Positions 1 to 14,696 of a stretch of DNA of 14,696 nucleotides are shown here, in pieces. Position 1 is the first letter of the stretch; each line of letters starts with the position of its first letter. Where the stretch lies: contig JAQGDQ010001529.1 in the NCBI GenBank assembly GCA_030141605.1, forward strand, positions 1 to 14,696, read 5' to 3'. This stretch comes from Tubiluchus corallicola. Taxonomy: Eukaryota; Animalia; Priapulida. Both the position numbers and the translations under genes were made by a program. The notes beneath the pieces are model-generated. The model searched no databases. It saw nothing but the letters and a program-made list of their open reading frames with translations, and was not told the origin of the DNA.

Positions 1-792
1 TACTCTACACTGTTCCATACCCTGCCAGTAAAACTATTATACTCTACACTGTTCCATACCCTGCCAGTAAAACTATTATACTCTACACTGTTCCATACCC
101 TGCCAGTAAAACTATTATACTCTACACTGTTCCATACTCTGCCAGTAAAACTATTATACTCTACACTGTTCCATACCCTGCCAGTAAAACTATTATACTC
201 TACACTGTTCCATACCCTGCCAGTAAAAATATTATACTCTACACTGTTCCATACCCTGCCAGTAAAACTATTATACTCTACACTGTTCCATACTCTGCCA
301 GTAAAACTATTATACTCTACACTGTTCCATACCCTGCCAGTAAAACTATTATACTCTACACTGTTCCATACCCTGCCAGTAAAACTATTATACCTTATAC
401 TGTTCCATACCCTGCCAGTAAAACTATTATACTCTACACTGTTCCATACCCTGCCAGTAAAACTATTATACTCTACACTGTTCCATACCCTGCCAGTAAA
501 ACTATTATACTCTACACTGTTCCATACCCTGCCAGTAAAACTATTATACTCTACACTGTTCCATACTCTGCCAGTAAAACTATTATACCTTATACTGTTC
601 CATACCCTGCCAGTAAAACTATTATACCTTATGCTGTTCCATACCCTGCCAGTAAAACTATTATACTCTACACTGTTCCATACCCTGCCAGTAAAACTAT
701 TATACTCTACACTGTTCCATACTCTGCCAGTAAAACTATTATACCTTATACTGTTCCATACTCTGCCAGTAAAACTATTATACCTTATACTA
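1..792. repeat. 39-bp minisatellite, ~20 copies, truncated by the window edge
   Basis: Unit TACTCTACACTGTTCCATACCCTGCCAGTAAAACTATTA with variants (TACCTTATAC; CTCTG); head-to-tail, no spacers. Confidence 0.97.
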
Positions 793-850
793 CACACTAC
801 TCTGTTTTAAATAACCGTCGTTATAACAAAATATCTTACAAAACAATTAC

Positions 851-9900
<9,050 letters not shown>

Positions 9901-10130
9901 TTTGCTCTCAGTGGATAAATAAATAAATAAATACGTTAAATAAATGATTACATATAAGTGTCCAAGCAAGCTGCAGCAACGAGACTGAATCACAAACAAC
10001 TTCTGTCCGTGTTTTTATACTTCTTAACAAAACCTGCAATTGTTCATTAATACTAGAGGTGTTCAATAAGCAAGAAGATATTGACACCTGCTAATGAACG
10101 AACTTCACCTCACCATTAAGCTCAGCCCTA

Positions 10131-10398
10131 TTCACAGGTAAGTTGTTTATTGTCAGGAAAAACATCTCTCTATACAGCTTGATGTATAAACAGGTAGATA
10201 GTAATAACGCTTAGTAATTAATGAACCTGAACTCACTACCGCCCACCTGTGTTCACAGGTAAGCTGTTTATTGTCAGGAAAAGCATCTCTCTATACAGCT
10301 TGATGTAAAGACAGGTAGATAGTAATAACGCTTAGTAATTAATGAACCTGAACTCACCACCGCCCACCTGTGTTCACGGGTAAGCTGTTTATTGTTAG
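10131..10398. repeat. 121-bp tandem repeat, ~2.2 copies, upstream of the RTK start codon
   Basis: TTCAC(A/G)GGTAAG at 10131, 10252 and 10373. Confidence 0.92.
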
Positions 10399-11529
10399 GG
10401 GGCCGTTCTCTCTATTGTTTAGGATCTTGCTTTGCTCGCCCTCTGGGAAGGCGAATAACGCTACTTGTATTGTTTGAACGTGTTTATTTAGACATTTGCA
10501 AACATTGCCTTATCACAGGAAACTCTCATTTCAGAAGTCAATAGGAGGTGATTTGTTAAACATTTCTTACTGCCATGTTATGTAATTTTGCACTTGCTAT
10601 GCGTGGGAGGGTAAGATGGAGATTAATTCATTGAGCTTAGTCTTAAGGATGTCAAGAAAACTATACGAAATTTCGTGGGAGTGTAAGATGAGGGGAAGAA
10701 AAAGAAATGTTAAATTATGACCCCAAAAAACTCCATTTATATTAGTTATATTACTTAGCATTTCGCTTACCTACTGGAAAGACTTATGAAACTAGAAATA
10801 ATAATTTAAAATGTTCGGTAATTGGTAAAATGTTGCTAACTCACCCTCTAGGGTGCACCACTCACTAACCAAAAACATATTTTTAATATTATTGACAAGA
10901 TACAGTAATTTAAAATTTTACTTAGTTAGTGACTTGTGCACTACGAATGCTCTGATTATTTTCTCAACGTTTACAAAATGTTATCAAAACTTGTTTCAAA
11001 CGACTTGTGGTCAAAATGACCGCGTCTAACGGTCATCCAGGAAATTCAAATTTACATGTTTTATACAGCGTTGCTGTTGCCGCAAGCCCTGCATGGGAAA
11101 AGGCAGTATGTAAGTGGTATAAAATTTCAAAGCGAATTTTTGAAGTTCTATGTAAGTGGAACGTTTTCTTGTGCTTCAATTTTTGCAGTGTCATGCGTTA
11201 ATATTGCTGGTTAGTTACACACCAAACATTAATTATGAAAATACCAAAAATACCAAAAAAGTTTATTACAGCAGATTACTAAATCAACCTTTCGCTTCAC
11301 TGTACAATTGAATTTACTGTTAAATGATTAACCAGCCAACTTACTTTGTAAATGTATTTTCATTATTACAGTTTTTATTAAAATTTTGTATTTATACTGT
11401 TCATGTATGTAAGTTTAATCACCATCTGCTGATTGTAGTTGAATCAAATGCTTTATTTAACCGAGTGTGATAATTATTAGACGTGATGCCCATTTTTCTT
11501 TTTTTAGCACTTTGCACTCAGCACTTGCA

Positions 11530-11676
11530 CCATGGAGATGTATGAGACGCAGCCTGTTTTGTAAATCCACTATAAATAAATAAAGTTTAAACAAACTAAA
11601 ACGTCTTTAACCGTGGAGATACCTGTATCAGACGCAGTCTGTATTGTAAATCCACTATAAATAAATAAAGTTTAAA
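11530..11676. repeat. Short direct duplication (~60-bp core, 2 copies)
   Basis: CC(A/G)TGGAGAT...GACGCAG...TTGTAAATCCACTATAAATAAATAAAGTTTAAA at ~11530 and ~11611. Confidence 0.85.
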
Positions 11677-11949
11677 TTAAATACCAAAAGCAAAGATTTA
11701 AAATCAGTTCTTGTTTATTATTTTCTCAGACTTGTACATTAAATCACGTAAATAAAGTCGTCAGTCTTTAATTATGACCTTCTGGTCAGTTCGTAAGCTG
11801 GGCTTTCCCCTTTTGACTTACAAACATCATAAATGTCACATTTAAAGCTGCAAAAAACTATGACAGTGACTGTATGTACCGTATTAACAAAAAAACTACA
11901 AAACTAATAACAAGGTTCGACATATAACGCAGAGCACAACTACTATAAA

Positions 11950-12785
11950 TTATGTAATTATCTCATTATATAATTACATAACTATATAATCACATATTAT
12001 TTAATATAATGTTATATAATGTTATGGTATATAATATGTTATATAATACAACATTACGTTATATATTGTAATATAATATGTAAACTACATATTATGTAAT
12101 ATAATGTTATATAATGTTATGGTATATAATATGTTATGTAATACAACATTATGTTATATAATGTAATATAATATATAATATTATGTAATGAGTAAATATA
12201 TGATTACATAATTATATAATTGCATATCATGTAATATAATGTAATATAATATATAATATTACATATTATGTAATATAATGTGATATAATGTTATGGTATA
12301 TAATGTGTTACGTAATACAACATTATGTTATATAATGTAATATAATATATAATATTATGTAATATGTAAGTATATAATTACTAATTATATAATCACATAT
12401 CATGTAATATAATGTTATATAATGTTATGGTATATAATATGTTATGTAATACAACATTATGTTATATAATGTAATATAATATATAATATTATGTAATATG
12501 TAAATATATAATTACTAATTATATAATCACATATCATGTAATATAATGTTATATAATGTTATGGTATATAATATGTTATGTAATACAACATTATGTTATA
12601 TAATGTAATATAATATATAATATTATGTAATATGTAAATATATAATTACTAATTATATAATCACATATCATGTAATATAATGTTATATAATGTTATGGTA
12701 TATAATATGTTATGTAATACAACATTATGTTATATAATGTAATATAATATATAATATTATGTAATATGTAAATATATAATTACAT
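11950..12785. repeat. Extremely AT-rich satellite, ~134-bp unit, ~6 copies
   Basis: ATATCATGTA recurs at 12397, 12531 and 12665 (period 134); left-hand copies are more degenerate and vary in length. Confidence 0.9.
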
Positions 12786-12799
12786 TTAAGTACATGTAA

Positions 12800-12875
12800 T
12801 TATAATTTGGCTAGATTGTTCACTTTATGAACCTGAATTTTGACCATTTCGCTCATACACGTCATCATATTATAA
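12800..12875 (-). promoter_or_regulatory. Candidate type II SECIS element (imperfect)
   Basis: Minus strand: ATGA(12865)-12 nt-AAA-ministem TGG/TCA-...-TGAA(12822-12819). Helix II core TATGAGC/GTTCATA; outer TTATAAT/ATTATAA. About 180 nt after the stop of the SelL-like gene. G.G and G.A mismatches lie near the quartet. Confidence 0.5.
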
Positions 12876-13049
12876 ACGAGATGTGCTATATCTATTATGC
12901 ATAAACCAATATAGTTAATAAATCATTAATTGGCTGCAAAGATAATCTTAAAGACAAAAAGAGGGTTTAGGTTACAACCTATATAAACATTTCCATAACA
13001 CATGCTGCACAATAATTTCAGAATTTTAGAAATACGAAGAGTTTTACAT

Positions 13050-13169
13050 CTAAGCTAGCTTAGCAACTTCTTCCAAAATGTCTTCCATACTTGGTCTTAC
13101 GGTGGCAGCTGGTGCTTTATATAACCATCTTAACCTTCCTTGTTTATCCAGCAAAAAGTTTCCAGCTTT
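13050..13169 (-). CDS. Selenoprotein L / PRXL2-like gene, terminal exon (KAGNFLLDKQGRLRWLYKAPAATVRPSMEDILEEVAKLA*)
   Basis: Acceptor catttttctttag, TAG at 13052-13050. The joined DIYQ-KAGNFLLDxxG...RPSxEDIL resembles the SelL/PRXL2 C-terminal pattern QxGGDFLLDxxG...RPxVxDIL as I recall it. Confidence 0.8.
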   Translation of the reverse strand, partial: KAGNFLLDKQGRLRWLYKAPAATVRPSMEDILEEVAKLA

Positions 13170-13673
13170 CTAAAGAAAAATGCATGTTTAATAATATACC
13201 AGCAAAGCCCTGCAAAAAAATTATAATCAATAATACGCAAACGTCCTACGTAGTCCTCATTTATAATGCAACTGAAGCCAGTAGGAGCTTTTACTTCAGC
13301 AAATTTATAGGCAGACAACAATGGCATGACGTCACAACAATGCATACGTCACTGTACTTTCTAAGAGAGAATAGCCCAAAATGGAACCGCCAATTAACTC
13401 GTCGCTGCTCCTCTTGTTGGAGGATACTACAAAAGAGACCCATATCATCGTGTAGCCCTGTTCCTCCTCTTTCTAAAGAGCTATATATCTCCTTCCGAGA
13501 GTCCCGTTAGGCACTGCTTACTGTTTGTCAATAATTGCAACCGTCCATTATTGTGCACAATGTTGTGCCTGATTTTTATAATAATGTTAAATTCTGTTAT
13601 TTAGCAATTTTTAATTTAATAGAGTGCACGCCTATTAAAGATACAAAAATTATAACATATTTTATGTTGTGGT

Positions 13674-13972
13674 CAGGGCCTATTTCAGGGGGGAAGTGGC
13701 GATACTTCTCCGGGGCCTCACCCTCCAGGGGCGCCTCGCCCCGAGGTAAAATTTTTTCTTGTTGTTTTTGATTTGACTATTTGACTGGTCTTGAGAATAA
13801 AGCAGTTTTTCTTTCAATTGTTCTTTCCTTTAACAACTGTATAACTCCATATTTTCTCTTTGAAAATGCTTGTCCGGCGTTCTAGCAGTTCAAAAATTTT
13901 CCGGGCGCCAACCATGGTGGGGCCTCACACGCCCCACTTCCCCGGGCCTCGCTTAGGCTGAAATAGGCCCTG
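13674..13972 (-). mobile_element. hAT-type MITE (copy 2, opposite orientation, 299 bp)
   Basis: Perfect 15-bp TIR CAGGGCCTATTTCAG / CTGAAATAGGCCCTG; perfect 8-bp TSD GTTGTGGT (13666-13673, 13973-13980). Confidence 0.93.
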
Positions 13973-14050
13973 GTTGTGGTACAAATGCTATGAACAGAAC
14001 GAGTTTAAATCTAAAATAGGTTGTAAACTTTGACAGCATTGTATTTTTAC

Positions 14051-14203
14051 CTGGTAGATGTCTATATTTCGCGGACCGTCTGGTTTCTCACTCATTCGGT
14101 CGTACTTGCCACTTCTTGCCATAATTCTAATGTAAAACTCGTGAGCGAGCAGGCTTCCCATTGCGTGAGTGGTATCTCTTCCCAAACCAAAAAAATGATA
14201 CAC
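14051..14203 (-). CDS. Selenoprotein L / PRXL2 (AhpC-TSA-like, thioredoxin fold) gene, penultimate exon (VYHFFGLGR...IDIYQ)
   Basis: Acceptor gctttctttatcatctgcag, donor CAG|gtaaaa, 153 nt, phase 0-0; only this frame is open. VYxxFGLGR and DIYQ motifs. Confidence 0.8.
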
Positions 14204-14267
14204 CTGCAGATGATAAAGAAAGCATCAGTTGCACGTGCAGCTGCATTCCGAATAAGTTTTGTTTACA

Positions 14268-14341
14268 GCCTACAAACTGTTGTTTAGTGGTTACAAAACA
14301 GGCCTACAAACTGTTGTTTAGTGGTTACAAAACAGGCCTAC
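14268..14341. repeat. 34-bp tandem repeat, ~2.2 copies
   Basis: GCCTACAAACTGTTGTTTAGTGGTTACAAAACAG at 14268 and 14302, partial at 14336. Confidence 0.9.
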
Positions 14342-14696
14342 CTATGCTGCATGAACAGATATAGCAGAATATAATATCTGGTCAGAAGAAAATCATTTTA
14401 ATTACTCTAAATTTAAATTTATGTTGTATTGTCATCATAGTTTTTGAGTTTTGGATAGTGCTGCCACCTTCAGGTGTTCTTGTTAAAATTGTTAAATCTT
14501 TCTCTTTCCCTTTACTGCTTAAATTTTCATTGGCTTCTACAGTCTTTATGAATGCATAATCTCTAAACCTGTTTTCACACCTAAATGATTTCACCTGTAG
14601 TTTTGGTCACTTGGTTTTCTGCTTTTCAACATGACACTACTTCACTGTTTATGTAGGCATTTCAGAATAAAATATTAAAACTAAATTTCAAGTTTT

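Noticed and set aside
1-792. 39-bp array as a CRISPR array or a coding repeat (the unit is a multiple of 3, with open frames on both strands)
   Set aside because: No unique spacers and a eukaryotic intron context. Read-through from exon 10 meets TAA before the array, so the open frames are incidental.
10191-10318. CAGGTAG as Zelda (TAGteam) sites
   Set aside because: Zelda is an arthropod-lineage factor, nothing here indicates an insect, and the two copies result from one duplication.
11007-11590. Possible LINE ORF2 C-terminus and 3' UTR remnant
   Set aside because: Only a vague KW-containing peptide and an A-rich end; no recognisable RT or endonuclease motif.
13078-13510. Plus-strand 139-aa ORF with a signal-peptide-like start, a nearby TATA (12980) and an out-of-frame ATG (13078)
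   Set aside because: It overlaps, antisense, the well-supported terminal exon of the SelL-like gene and has no in-frame ATG ahead of the hydrophobic stretch.
14382-14594. 70-aa minus-strand ORF as an upstream exon of the SelL-like gene
   Set aside because: No thioredoxin-fold motifs and a poor polypyrimidine tract; the upstream exons probably lie beyond the window.

Overview
AT-rich, intron-containing animal DNA, probably a marine invertebrate (the 5S sequence looks lophotrochozoan-like; this is inference). Two spliced genes lie on the minus strand, and the ORF track shows only fragments of them. (1) Ten coding exons (9900->851, all GT-AG, phases consistent, 1531 nt = 510 codons) encode a single-pass receptor tyrosine kinase-type protein: signal peptide, 10-Cys N-terminal domain, two FN3-like domains, TM helix and the start of a kinase domain with a degenerate Gly-rich loop. 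The gene continues beyond the left edge. (2) The last two exons (14203-14051, 13169-13050) of a thioredoxin-fold selenoprotein L/PRXL2-like gene are followed by a SECIS-like hairpin in the 3' UTR. The introns contain two hAT-type MITEs of one family, a piggyBac-type MITE nested in another MITE, a Tc2/pogo-type MITE, a 5S rRNA-headed SINE-like element inside an (ATT)n tract, a CCA-ended tRNA-His 3' half between 13-bp direct repeats, an inverted pair of old repeats, and many micro/minisatellites. Most long ORFs in the track are microsatellite or antisense artefacts.
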